Part shown: positions 49,496 to 62,314 of the stretch, in pieces
How positions within the stretch are numbered: the stretch's first letter is position 1
How the letters are laid out: each line of letters opens with the position of its first letter
Source: Okamejei kenojei
Lineage: Eukaryota
Assembly (NCBI GenBank): GCA_035221665.1
Contig: CM069138.1
Coordinates: 15,562,001 to 15,626,000, forward strand
Reading direction: 5' to 3'
Length of the DNA stretch: 64,000 nucleotides
Position numbers and translations under genes: made by a program
The notes under the pieces: generated by a model
The model's database searches: none
Told to the model about the DNA's origin: nothing
Seen by the model: the letters and a program-made list of their open reading frames with translations, nothing else

Positions 49496-49649
49496 GTTCA
49501 AGGAAATAGATCCAATGATTCCTGCAATGGGAAATCTTTTAATAATTTGCAGCAATTAAAAGGCATGTTAACCAGCATTATGATTTGCAAGATCAATCCT
49601 GTCAGTAGCGCATGGTCTTTTGGGGAACTCCACACTTTATCCAGTTTAG

Positions 49650-50446
49650 AGAGACTAATTTGAGGAAGGAGATCCTTGTGATCGAGGCAGTGCAGCGTAG
49701 ATTCACTAGATTGATCCCTGGGATGGCGGGACTGTCAAATGAGGAAAGATCTAAAAGACTAGGCTTGTATTCACTGGAGTTTAGAAGGCTGAGGGGGATC
49801 TTATAAAAACATATAAAATTATAAAAGGACTGGACAAGCTAGATGCAGGCAAAATGTTCCCAATGTGGGGCAAGTCCAGAACCAGGGGCCACAGTCTTAG
49901 AATAAAGGGGAGGTCATTTAAGACTGAGGTGAGAAAAATCTTTTTCACCCAGAGTTGTGAATTTATGGAATTCCCTGCCACAGAGGGCAGTGGAGGCCAA
50001 GTCACTGGATGGATTTTAGAGAGAGTTAGATGGAGCTCTAGGGGCTAGTGGAGAATGGATATGGGGAGAAGGCAGGCACGGGTTATTGATAGGGGACGAT
50101 CAGCCATGATCACAATGAATGGTGGTGCTGGCTCGAAGGGCCGAATGGCCTCCTCCTGCACCTATTTTCTATGTTTCTATGAGACAGCATGTAAGCAGGC
50201 CCTTTGGCACACGGTGTCCACGCCGACCATCGATCACCCATACACTAGTTCTATCCAACACATCAGAGACAGTTTACAGAAGCTAATTAACCTACAATCC
50301 TCCACGTCTTTGGAGTGTTGGAGGAAACCGAAGCACCTGGAGAAAATCCATGCAGACTCCATATAGACAGCACCCGTAGTCAAGATCGTACCCGGGTGTC
50401 TGGTGCTGTGAGGCAGCAACTCTACCGCTGCACCACTGTATCGCCC
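49650..50446. mobile_element. CR1 3' fragment (+, 49650-50180) abutting a V-SINE (-, 50181-50446)
   Basis: NLRKEILVIEAVQRRFTRLIPG; SINE reverse complement. Confidence 0.85.
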
Positions 50447-51116
50447 TTGTATAAGTTCTTGAAGATTTCACATTATGGTTGCTTGTGTGCTTATTTGTGC
50501 ATGTTTATTAATTTTTGTGTTCGGCCAAATGTTCTGTTTCAAAGAACAGCACCTTTTCCCTAACTATTACGTAGTTTTCAAGATTTTGTGATGGGCTTCA
50601 TGAACAATGTCTGCAATGTTTTCCATCAACGACTGTGGGATGCAATGTGATTCCTTCACAGCACAAGATCAGGGATAAATATAATTATGAGTTAATTATA
50701 AACGTCATGCAAATCGCATAGTCTTTGTGCAATGGTATGAGAGAACTGTTTCTCTGCTTCAATTTTTTGTTACTGAATTTCTGTTTGTTTACAATGGAGC
50801 ATTATTTTGTTTTGTGGTTTTGATTTCACTCTGTCAATGTTTTGGTTACTTGCATTCATACTCACGTAAATGATGTACATTTTGCAACCTTTCATTCTGA
50901 CCAGCGAAGTTTAAGGGATGGGATGACAAGAAAGGTAATCAGGCAGATTGAAATTCTCTGGTTGAAATGAAACATTATGATTGTACTCTACGATGTTAAG
51001 CTTCGAGCTTTCATAGCCATATAAGGAATGATTTGTTAACAATGAGTGTGAATGAGCCCAAGCAACTGCAAACTTTATACACACGCAGGTAGGGTTTGGA
51101 ACATTAACAATCTGTA

Positions 51117-51382
51117 GACTTGAGAGACACAGCGTGAAAACAGACTCTTCAGTCTACCGAGTCCGCGCCGATCAGCGATCATCTGACACTAGCACAGTAC
51201 TAGGGACAATTTACAATTTTACCGAAGTCAATTGACCTATAAACCTGTACGACTTTCGAATGTGGGAGGATACCGGAGCACCAAGAGAAAACCTATGCAG
51301 TCACAGGGAGAGTGTACAAACTCCATACAGACACAGTCTCTGGTGCTGTAAGGCAGTAACTCTACCCCTGCACCACTGCCGC
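51117..51382 (-). mobile_element. V-SINE (HE1-like)
   Basis: Reverse complement of the SINE consensus with internal deletion. Confidence 0.8.
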
Positions 51383-51684
51383 TCAAAATAGTTTGGACTT
51401 TCTTTGCACCTTGTACTGACCAAAGAATTTGACACTGCTCATTTAAGCAAGTGCTTACCTTTGCAACATGAGATTGTAGTTTGAATTTGACATATATTTG
51501 CCTCATTACATCTCATTTTCTGCACAGTATCTATCTCATTTTCTGCACAGGCCTCTGTTGTATGTCATGGCTGATGTTCAGTGTGCTTTCAAATCCTTGG
51601 AGATTCTGAATCAACAGAGCGGTGCTCACTTTGAAGTTGAGGTTCTTGAATCAGAAAAGTCTGTCTTGATCAGAGAAACAGTTA

Positions 51685-52710
51685 AGGGCCTGTCCCACTT
51701 AGGCAGCGAGTTTAGGAGACTCTGCGCTGACCACAAGGTCGCCACATGGTTGCAGGTTTTCTGCGACCAAGAATTGGTTGCTATGGAGAAAATCGATACT
51801 TTTGTAGTCGTAGTGGGTCGCCACGTTATCGTAGATAGTCGCGATGGTCGTAGGTAGTCTTAGTTAATCGCCTTTGCTGACCGGTCATTTTCATTGGCTC
51901 ATTGCGGGGAAAAAAAGGTATGTAAACAGCAGCACGTGATGCGCTGTCATTCCAGTGCGCGGTCATTGCGCAATTTTTGTTTTTTCAGTGGATCAGACGG
52001 TATGAGACGTGGCTCCGAGGAGAAGGCTTCGGCACAGGGGCACGGCACAACCCTCAACACCATCCACCAGGCTGTTATCAACATTTGTTTGCTTATAAGA
52101 CTTTTGTATGTTTAATTACCAATAACGGAAATCCCTGACTTTTTAACCTCAAATTGATGTATGAATATCATTCTTTTCATAGTAGTCCCTCATGTCATCA
52201 CTTATATCTCATATTTAATTTCTCATATTTAGATCATTGAAACACACACAAATGCAAGGAATGGAATGGACTGTATTTAAAATTTGACTTTTCACATTTA
52301 TTTTGATGAAGAAAACAGACACATGCACTTCAAATGCACTGCATTTAAAAGCATTTTATTTTTATACATCTCGAACAATTAATACTGAATTTAAAAGAAC
52401 AAAAGAAAATCTAATGTCATTTTTTTAGGTGATATTACAACTATAGAGTCGTAGCTTGCTTTCTGTGATCATGGCTGTAGTTGTCTGGAAGTCGAATGTG
52501 GTCGTCTTCAGTCCCCACTATTGGGTCGCCAATTGTCACAAGTGAATCGGCGATTAAGTTGTAGATAGTCGGAGCTTGTCCTACATAGTTGTAGGATGTC
52601 TTCTACACAGTCGTAGGATGAGTTTGATACATTCACTTTTTCAGTGATTCAACAAGACTATGACAGTCGCCTGCACTCGCAAAAGAAGTCGCCTAAGTGG
52701 GACAGGCCCT
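51685..52710. mobile_element. PIF/Harbinger-like non-autonomous DNA transposon, 1026 bp
   Basis: TTA|AGGGCCTGTCCCACTTAGGC...GCCTAAGTGGGACAGGCCCT|TTA: perfect 20-bp TIR, 3-bp TTA TSD. Confidence 0.88.
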
Positions 52711-52984
52711 TTAGATAGCGAGATTCTTCTGCAAGCTCAATCTGTTCCCCAGGATTTAGTTTTGGAACTATTGAGTAATAATTTCATTATTTGCTGGTGT
52801 TGTATTGCCACCTTTGATTGTTTGATTGGTTGTACGCATCAATACAGATGTAAACCTGGATTTGATCTTTTCTGTTTATTGCCACCCGACAGATGCAACC
52901 CATGTCATTAATTTTTCAACTCTCACTAATATGAGTGAACAAGTGTTGACGTTTTTTTTTGTGAACAAAGTAATCCTGTGGTAT

Positions 52985-53182
52985 GACAAAAGTGCTGGAG
53001 AAACTCAGCCGGTGCGGCAGCATCTATGGAGCGAAGGAAATGGACACCGTTTCGGGCCGAATCTATCGAGCGAAGGAAATAGGCAACGTTTCGGACCGAA
53101 ACATAGATGCTGCCGCACCCGCTGAGTTTCTCCAGCACTTTTGTCTACCTTCGATTTTCCAGCATCTGCAGTTCCTTCTTCA
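52985..53182. mobile_element. Palindromic Penelope-derived mini-element
   Basis: ~43-bp inverted arms GACAAAAGTGCTGGAGAAACTCAGC..ATCTATG / CATAGAT..CTTTTGTC. Confidence 0.75.
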
Positions 53183-53192
53183 ACAAAATGAT

Positions 53193-55370
53193 TCCTGGGC
53201 TTGTACTCGATAGACTTGGCTTGTACTCGCTAGAATTTTGAAGGTTGAGGGGAGATGTTATAGAAACGTACAAAATTCTTAAGGGGTTGGACAGGCTAGA
53301 TGCAGGAAGATTGTTCCCGATGTTGGGGAAGTCCAGGTCAAAGGGTCACAGTTTAAGGATAAGGGGGAAGTCTTTTAGGACCGAGATGAGAAAATGTTTT
53401 TTCACACAGAGAGTGGTGAATCTGTGGAATTCTCTGCCACAAAGTAGTTGCCAGTTCCTAAGAAAGTTTATAGTGAAAATCCGATAATAGAAAATGGAAT
53501 CCGCATATGGAAACAAATAAAGAAAGCATTAAAACTAAAATCTATACCAATAAGTCTTAAGATTGTTAATAATTTTATGTTTAAACCTTCAATTTTGGAT
53601 AAGGCTTTTTTACAATGGAAAAATAAAGGAATTTCTAAGATGGGTGATCTTTATAAGGAAAATACTTTTCTTTCATTTCAAGAGTTGCAACAAATTTATG
53701 GGCTACATAATAAAGAATATTTCAGATATTACAAATTAGAAACTATGCCTCTGTAAAATATATATGAATTTAGAAATAGAAAAATAGAAATTTTAGATGA
53801 ATGTTTGAATAAACATCCAAATATGGAAAAAATGATATCATATATATATAATATTTTACTGGAAAAACGATACCCCATCAACAGAAATATACAGAGAATT
53901 TTGGGAAAAGGAATTAGGCCAAATAATAAGACCAGAAATATGGGATGAAAGTTTACAACATATACATTATTGTTCATTAAACGCTAAACATTCTCTTATA
54001 CAGTTTAAAATATTACATAGATTTACATTACTCTAAATCTAAATTACATAATATTTTTCCAAAAATATCTCCAATATGTGACAATGTCAAATTTCAGAAG
54101 CAAATTTGACACATTCATTTACTAACTGCATAAAATTTGTAGAATTACTGGAAGGAAATATATTTAAAATAATCTCGACTGTTATTAATATAAATATAAT
54201 CCCTGACCCAAAGCTGATTATACTTGGAATAATTGAAACTGACCCAATTAATTAACAACGAATCAAAGAACTTTTATTGATTATGGTTTAATAATTGGGA
54301 AAAAATTAATATTAAAATTTTGGAAAGGCCCTGCATTCCCAACAATCAAAATGTGGAATATAGAAATGTCGGAGACACTTCATATTGGAGAGATTGAGGC
54401 TTGTCCTTATGGATAGGTTAGATCTCTTCAGATGTATTTGGTCTCCATATATTAAATATTTACAGGGTCATAATGGTTCGGCGCGGGAACCTGACTGAGG
54501 CCTGGACATTTGAGTGGATGATGAAGAGATATAATAAATCATGAATAATATCTATAAGGACGGATTATTGACGAATATTTTATTCTCCATCAAACCTCTT
54601 CTTATTCTTTATTCTATTTCCTAATTTTTCTATTTTCTTATATCTAAATAAAAAAATAAAAAAATAATATAGAAACACACTAGCTTAATATTAGAATGAA
54701 TATAAATATCATTAGTTTTATAAGAACATTGTTAGTATTATTAGCATTTTCTAGTATTTTATATTATAATTATATAAAATTATATGCTTTTAATGGTACA
54801 ATAATTTTAAAATTTAGCGATAAAATAAATATTGTTAACATTAGGAAGAAATAATAAGAATTATATAAGATTTACTAACTTTTTGTATCAATAATATCAA
54901 AAATTTGGTCTTATACTTAATAAAATTAGAAATAAAATGATAATTACTAATAGTACGAGTATAATGCTAATATTGTGAATGTATTAGTAGTTATTATGTA
55001 TTTTTAATTATATAAAATACATAACTCTGAAATCTATAACTAAGGATAATACAGTATAAATAATATTATTAGTATGAATCAGTTATTAGGACTATGTATT
55101 TTTACTACTGAAATATAATGTAACTGGTTGTTATTTTGTTTCTATAATAAATAAATTAAAAAAAAAAAAAAAACAAAGTAGTTGCCAGTTCATTGGCTAT
55201 ATTTAAGAGGGAGTTAGATGTGGTCCTTGTGGCTAAAGGGATCAGGGGGTAAATGGAGAGAAGGCAGGTACAGGATACTGAGTTGGATGATCAGCCATGT
55301 TCATATTGAATGGCGGTGCAGGCTCGAAGGGCCGAATGACGTACTCCTGCATCTATTTTCTATGTTTCTA
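53193..55370 (+). mobile_element. CR1 3' end split by an L1 insertion
   Basis: RGDVIETYKILKG..LWNSLP at 53245-53440 resumes at 55174. Confidence 0.85.
53458..55172 (+). mobile_element. L1-clade LINE 3' fragment with AT-rich 3' UTR, poly(A) and 18-19-bp TSD
   Basis: W..KGI....DLY....LSFQEL...YGL...YFRY, QFKILHR, SPICD.C..LTH.F..C; AATAAA + A-tail ~55146-55173; TSD (A)CAAAGTAGTTGCCAGTTC at 53439-53457 and 55173-55191. Confidence 0.88.
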
Positions 55371-56064
55371 AAATCCTGTGGTATGGTTGTGGAATTGACT
55401 GAACAAAGGTCAAAACATGTAGCTTGTGCTTGATACCTTTCTAATGGCAATAACCCCATTTGTCAATCTTGTGTAGATGCCATTGAATGCAAGCAGTGCA
55501 TATGCGATCTCTACAATGGATAGAGCTGACGGTGTGTTGAAACTCCAATATCAAATTCATCTGATATCACATCACATAGAACATTGTACTAATGTTGTTG
55601 TTTGGTTTGAATGTCATTTGCAATGAAAATGTTCCAAGAACTATCAAAGATCCTTACTCAGGCTTTCCTATGGTTAGAATAGGGTGTCAGTTCAATGATA
55701 GTTCAATCAATGTTACCTCCACTGATGTAGTGAACAGTGATAAACAGTGAATATCATTTGAGGTTTGTTCACTCGTCATTTAGACAGATGAGGCTTTATC
55801 AAGTATGTTGATTTATGAGTTGCAAATGTACACTTTCCCACAGCTGAGCGTTCTGCCAAATGACAGATGCCTGCTCCACAGAATCAGAAAATTATTTTAT
55901 CACAAAAGGCAGCTATTTAGCACTCAGTCTATGCTCTATCTGTGTCAATGCAATTCAGTTAGCCCTGTCACCCTGCTCTTTTTTTCCAACCCTACATTTT
56001 TTTCTCCTTTTCAGATATTTATTCCATGTCCATTTCAATGTTTCAATTGAATCTGTTCACTACT

Positions 56065-57417
56065 ATCCGCACCATGCGGATCATCACCGGCTGCCTACGT
56101 CCTACTCCAACCGATCCTCTGCCGGTGCTCGCAGGTATCGCACCTGCCAAGCTTCGCAGAGAGTACTTCACTCATAGGCTGATGCCAAACATCCTCAGAA
56201 TCAGAATCACACTTTATTCGTCAAGTATGTTTTGCAACATACGAAGAATTTCATTGGCCAGGTCAGTCATACAATTAAAACCAACAAATCACTCAAAAAC
56301 ACATTTAAACATGAACATCCACCACAGTGACTCCTACACATTCCTCACTGTGATGGAAGGCGAAATAAAGTTAAAGTTCTTCCTTTTGTTCTTCCTTGGT
56401 CGGGGGCCTCGAGCCCTCCGTTGACGGGAGGGTCTTGACACCTGCAGCCGGGGGCGTATGGGCCCTCCGCATCGAGTTGTTCAGCTCCTCGGGGGTTTGC
56501 CAGCACCCCACGCCGGGCGATCAAACCTCGCGTCGTGGCTGGTTGAACCTTATGCGACGTTGGAGCTCCCGGCTAGCCTTCACCGAGACTGCGAGCCCTT
56601 GATGGTAAGTCCACAGTGGTCGCGGTGGGAGCGATCACAGGCAAGGGATCCGCTCCGATGTTAAGTCTGCTCCCTGCGGTGGGGCTCACGACAGTCCGAG
56701 GAGGCTTCCAGCTCCAGCGAAGTTAGGCCATAGAGCATTGAGAATGTGATCCGAAAATTGATCACATCTCCGGGAAGGTGGGAACTTGAAAAAAAAGTTT
56801 CCCCTGATCCCCTCCCCCCTCCCCCCCACATAAAACAAACCGAAGAACATTAAAACCAACTTTTAACAAACTAAAAAATAACGAAAGGAAAGAAAAAACG
56901 AACAGACTGCCGGCAGGGCTGCCATCTCCTCTGCGCCCCTGGTGTTTGTCCTTTGCACCACCTTGCCCAGCACTCGCAGCAACTGGGACCTCAACACCTG
57001 TCATGTCTTTACTCGGCCCTTTTTCCGTCACGCAGCGACCCTCTGTGGCTCCAGTTTCAACACACTAGGTACATGGAGAACCAGCTGGTAACAGACTTTG
57101 AGACCTCCGCAATTCACTGTCAGACCGAACACCACAGCCCCACCCGTCTCCGATCTGCCCCGCAAAGAGTGGGTCGCCTTGAACCGGCTCCGTACAGGGG
57201 TTGGCCGGTTCAACGCCAACATGCACTGCTGAGGGCTGCGTTCTTCAGCAGCCTGCGTGTGTGGAGCAGACCAACAAACGTCATTTTCGACTGCGCTGTC
57301 CTCTGCCACGCTGGTGGAGGTGTAGACCTCATGGCCCTTGACATCAGCACATTGAACTGGCTACAGGGCCTGGTGGGCGTTACATGACATCTGCTGCCTC
57401 AAACGCAAGAAGAAGAA
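56065..57417 (+). mobile_element. Second Vingi-family 3' fragment, interrupted by a minus-strand repeat (~56194-56942)
   Basis: MRIITGCLRPTP..LAGIAPAKLRR; later [18 protein letters not shown]; ACGCAAGAAGAAGAAG tail. Confidence 0.75.
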
Positions 57418-57524
57418 GCAGCAGCAGACCATTCCAGATCAGTTATTTCTGATCCATGCATCAGCTACAGCACCTTGAGTTCTACTGCACAACGTTGGCA
57501 GAATAGATAACTTCTTCAATACAG

Positions 57525-58060
57525 TTAGACACAAGGTTGAAGTAACTAAGTGGGTCGGGCAGCAACTCTGGAGAAAATGGATGGGTGACATTTCAGGTCG
57601 GGACCCTTCTTCAGACTGAAAGTAGAGGGGAGGGAACTGGAGGTATGAAAAGGCCAGAACAAAGCGGGGCCGGCAACAGATGACCAAGGAAGGGTGGAGC
57701 CCATAATGATCCATTGTTGGCTGTGAAAGAGGTGATAATGGAGGGATACAAGGATGCAAACAGTGGAACTAGTAAGACGACTAGGGTGGGGAAGGGGGGG
57801 AGAGAGGGAATGCGGTTACTTGAAATTGGCGATATTAACTTTCATGTCGTTGGATTGTAAGAAATAATTGCAGATGCTGGTACAATCGAAGGTAGACACT
57901 AAAAGCTGGAGTACCTCAGCGGGTGAGGCAGCATCTATGGAGAGAGGGAATGGGCGATGTTTCGGGTCGAGACCCTTCTTCTGTCTGAAGAAGGGCTCGA
58001 CCCGAAATGTCACCCATTCCTTTTCTCCATAGATATAGCCTTACCTGCTGAGTTACTACT
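57525..58060. mobile_element. Penelope 3' UTR (-) with nested palindromic terminal-repeat element
   Basis: Hammerhead-like cores on both strands (57587-57614 -, 57956-57982 -, 57985-58011 +). Confidence 0.7.
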
Positions 58061-58144
58061 TTCGTTGGATTGTAAATTACTTTATTTCTTGGCGTGCAGG
58101 AGGCTGAGGAGTGATCTTATAGAGATGTATAAAATCATGAGGTG

Positions 58145-59085
58145 AGGGCGGCACAGTGGTGCAGTGGTAGATGGTGCAGTTGCTGCCTTGTAGCGTTTGC
58201 AGCACCAGAGACCCGGATTCAATCCCAACTACGGGTACTGTCTGTACGAAGTTTGTACGTTCTCCCCGTGACCTGCGTTGGTTTTCTCCGAGATAATAAG
58301 GATAAGGGGGATGTCTTTTAGGACTGAGATGAGAATTTTTTTTTCACACAGAGAGTGGTGAATCTGTTGAATTCTCTGCCACAGAAAGTAGTTGAGGCCA
58401 GTTCATTGGCTATATTTAAGTTAGATGTGGCTAAAGGGATCATGGGGTATGGAGAGAAGGCAGGTACGGGATACTGAGTTGGATGATGAGCCGTGATCAT
58501 ATTGAATGGCGGTGCAGGCTCGAAGGGCTGAACGGCCTACTCCTGCATCTATTTTCTGTGTTTCTATAAAAGACAATAGGTGCAGGAGTAGGCCATTTGG
58601 CCCTTCGAGCCAGCACTGCCATTCAATATGATTATGGCTGATCATCCCCAATCAGTACTCCGTTCCTGCCTTCTCCCCATATCCCCTGACTCTGCTATTT
58701 TTAAGAGCCCTACCTAGCTCTCTCTTGAAAACATCCAGAGAACCTGCCTCCACCGCCCTCTGAGGCAGAGAATTCCACACTCACCATTCTCTGTGAGAAA
58801 AAGTGTTTCCTTGTCTCCGTTCTAAATGGCTTACTCCTTATTCTTAAACTGTGGCCCCTGGTTCTGGACAACCCCAACATCGGGAACATGTTTCCTGCCT
58901 GAGATCTTCGATTTCCTCCCACACTCCAAAGACGTACAGGTATGTAGGTTAATTGACTTGGTGTATGCGTAAATTGTCCCTAGTGTGTGTAGGATAGTCT
59001 TAGTGTGCGGGGATCACTGGTCGGTTTGGACTCGGTGGGCCGAAGGCCCTGTTTCCGCGCTGTATCTCTAAACCTAACTAAATTA
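58145..59085 (+). mobile_element. V-SINE split by a tail-to-tail pair of CR1 3' ends (~58295-58900)
   Basis: SINE 5' half ends CCGAGAT (58293) and resumes GAGATCTTCG (58901). Confidence 0.8.
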
Positions 59086-59972
59086 ATAGAGCATTTGAAT
59101 GCGCCATCTTTTTCTCAGTGTGGGGGAAATTAAGAGCTAGAGGGCTTAGATTTAAGATGAGAGGATAAAGTGTCACATGAAACACGTGCGCACACACATG
59201 CACACGCACACACGCACAAGTGGTTGATGTAGGTAGAAATGACAACACTTAAAAGGCATTTGGACAGGTAAACATAGAAATTAGGTGCAGGAGTAGGCCA
59301 TTCAGCCCTTCGAGCCTGCACCGCCATTCAATATGATCATGGCTGATCATCCAACTCAGTATCCCTACAGGTACATGGATAGGAATGCTTTAGAGGGACA
59401 CAAACCAAATGCTGGTAAATGTGACTAGCTTAGATGAGGCATCTTGGTTGGCGTGGATGAGTTGGACCAAAGGGCCTCTTTCCATGCTGTATAACACTGA
59501 ACCCATTTACAGCATTGAGTTCTGCATGCCTTGATAATGCTGGCAATGGGCCTCAGTTTGATGAAGAGGTCTGACTTGGCATTTCTTTTGTCCTGTCAAT
59601 CTACTGAGAGATGTATCAAGTGGTATTTCCGCACAAACTGCTCTGTTCTCTGAAAGATCTTGTTAACTGGAGGAGCTCGAGCAGTTTAATGTTTATTATT
59701 CCCCAAATATTTTCTGTCAGAATTGTTATGATACGCACCATTCATTGATCTGCACTTTCATCTACTCAAAATCATAAAATTCTCATACGTCTGCAATAAT
59801 AAAGATTTTTCTTTCGCTTTGTGCCTCATTTATGGAAGATAATTGTCTTATAGTGCAATCTGATTTTGCGGTGAAACATATAGCCAGTGCAGTTTTTGTT
59901 TCAATTTAGACTTGGTGATAGATAATATCTTGTAAATATTCTGCAGTAACTGGAGTTTAAACTGGCAGCGTA

Positions 59973-60285
59973 GGGAGCCATGGTGGAGCAGTAGAGTTGC
60001 TGCCCTACAGCGCCAGAGACCCGGGTTCAATCCTGACTATGGGTGCTGTCTGTATGGAGTGTGTATGTTCTCCATGTGACTGTGTGGGTTTTCTCCGGGT
60101 GCTCCAGTTTTCTCCCACATTCCAAAGATGTACAGGTTTGTAAGTTAATTGGCTTTGGTAAAGATTGTAACTTGTCCCCAGTGTGTAGGATAGTGCTGGT
60201 GTACGGGGTGATTGCTGATTGGCACAGACTCGGTGGGCCGGAGGGTCTGCTTCTGCACTGTATCTCTAAACTAATTAAACTAAGC
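59973..60285 (+). mobile_element. V-SINE (HE1-like)
   Basis: Full head-core-tail match. Confidence 0.85.
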
Positions 60286-60421
60286 TGAGATTCCAAATCC
60301 TCTCATTGCCGTCAAATCTGCAAAGTCACATTTCCTTGCAAGATGTACTGGTCAATACTCAGACAGCGCCAGCGCATCAATAGCTATGAGATTTGGTGCA
60401 GCCCATGCCTTTATAAATGTA

Positions 60422-62314
60422 GAGGTAGTTCTGCTATAACACTTTAGTTCCATTCCTAAGAAACCTTGTGCAATAGAAAATCACGTTATAAAATCACGTT
60501 ATAAGCATCGGGAACAGTCAACATGGATTTGTGCCTGGAAGGTCATGTTTGACAAACCTTCTTGAATTTTTTGAAGCGGTAACTAGGGAAATTGATGAGG
60601 GTAAAGCAGTGGATGTTGTCTATATGGATTTCAGTAAGGCCTTTGACAAGGTTCCCCATGGAAGGTTGGTTAAGAAGGTTCAATCTTTGGGTGTTAATGG
60701 CGGAGTAGCAAGATGGATTCAACAGTGGCTGAATGGGAGATGTCAGAGAGTAATGGTGGATGGCTGTTTGTCAGGTTGGAAGCCGGTGACCAGTCGGGGG
60801 TGCCTCAGGGATCTGTGTTGGGTCCACTGTTGTTTGTCATGTACATCAATGATCTGGATGATGGGTGGAAATTGGATAAGTAAGTATGCAGATGATACTA
60901 AGATAGGTGGTTTTGTGGATAATGAAGTAGATTTTCAAAGTCTACAGAGAGATTTGGGCCATTTGGAAAAGTGGGCTGAAAGATGGCAGATGGAGTTTTA
61001 ATGCTGTTAAGTGTGAAGTGCTACATCTTGGCAGGACAAATCAAAATAGGACGTACATGGTAAAATGGTAGGGAATTGAGGAATGCTGTGGAACAGAGGG
61101 ATCTAGGAATAACTGTGCAGAGTTCCCTGAAGGTGGAATCACATGTAGATAGGGTGGTAAAGTAAGCCTTTGGTGTGCTGGCCTTTATAAATCAGAGCAT
61201 TGAATATAGGAGTAGGGAAGTAATGTTAAAATTGTAGAAGGCATTGGTAAGACCAATTCTGGAGTATGGTGTACAATTTTGGTCGCCTAATTATAGGAAG
61301 GATGCAACAAAAAAAGAGAGAGTACAGAGGAGATTTACTAGAATGTTGCCAGGGTTCCAGCAACTATTACAGAGAAAGGTTGAACAAGTTAGGTCTTTAT
61401 TCTTTGGAGCGCAGAAGGTTAAGGGGGGACTTGATTGAGGTCTTTTAAAATGATGAAAGGGATAGACAGAGTTGACGTGGATACGTTTTTCCCATTGAGG
61501 GTAGGGAAGATTCAAACAAGAGGGCATGACATGAGAATTAAGGGACAGAAGTTTAGGGGTAACGTGAGGGGGAACTTCTTTACTCAGAGGGTGGTGGCTG
61601 TGTGGAATCAGCTTCCAGCAGAAGTGGTGGAGGCAGGATCGATTTTAACATTTAAGAGTAAAGTGGATAGGTATATGGACGTGAAGGGAATGGAGGGGTA
61701 TGGTCTGAGTGCAGGTAGATGGGACTAGGGGAAAACAAATGGTCGGCACGGACTGTAAGGGCCGAGAGGGCCTGTTTCCGTGCTGTAATTGTTATATGGT
61801 TTTATGGTTATATGGTTAAAATCATTTGTGTCAACGGCGGAAAGTGTATTAGGGGCTAGAGTTTCAGATTCGTCATAAGAAATGTATTTGCTCGGCAGAA
61901 TTTTCAAAAGTGAGTCTTTTTAATAGCAATAAGTTTATTTGTTATGGCAAGCTAAAAATACTAATGGCTGTATGTTACGTTGTTTAATAGAGTATCGATG
62001 CACAAGTGTCAACAGAAGCGATTGCATGTCAGTTTCAATGGTCACCCGCGGTTAATGTAGCAGCTTATGAGACAATGGTGCCTGATTACTGCCAAGGTCA
62101 CATGGAAACCTTTTTTTCCCTTTATGCTGGGAACATCTTTCTGGGGACATCTGCCTGTCAATTCCCAACATAACATTTACGTGGTTCTCTAATTCTCAAT
62201 CAGAATCAAGTTATAATCAATTCAACCTGGAAAATACAAATAATGCTCCCCAATTCATCATTTGTGTTATATCCAATTCTGTTATGGAAACTTGCATTAC
62301 AGCATAATTACCTG
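60422..62314. mobile_element. Putative old Tigger/pogo-like MITE interrupted by CR1
   Basis: TA|GAGGTAGTTCTGCTATAA ... TTACAGCATAATTACCTG|TA; 14/18 inverted match. Confidence 0.4.
60507..61817 (+). mobile_element. Young-subfamily CR1 LINE, 1.3-kb 3' portion
   Basis: GRSCLTNLLEFFE..DFSKAFDKVPH, KYADDTK, RPILEYGVQFW; (TTATATGG)n tail. Confidence 0.92.

Noticed and set aside
54540-55150. Organelle or contaminant AT-rich DNA
   Set aside because: Lies between L1 ORF2 and the poly(A)/TSD, so it is part of the insertion
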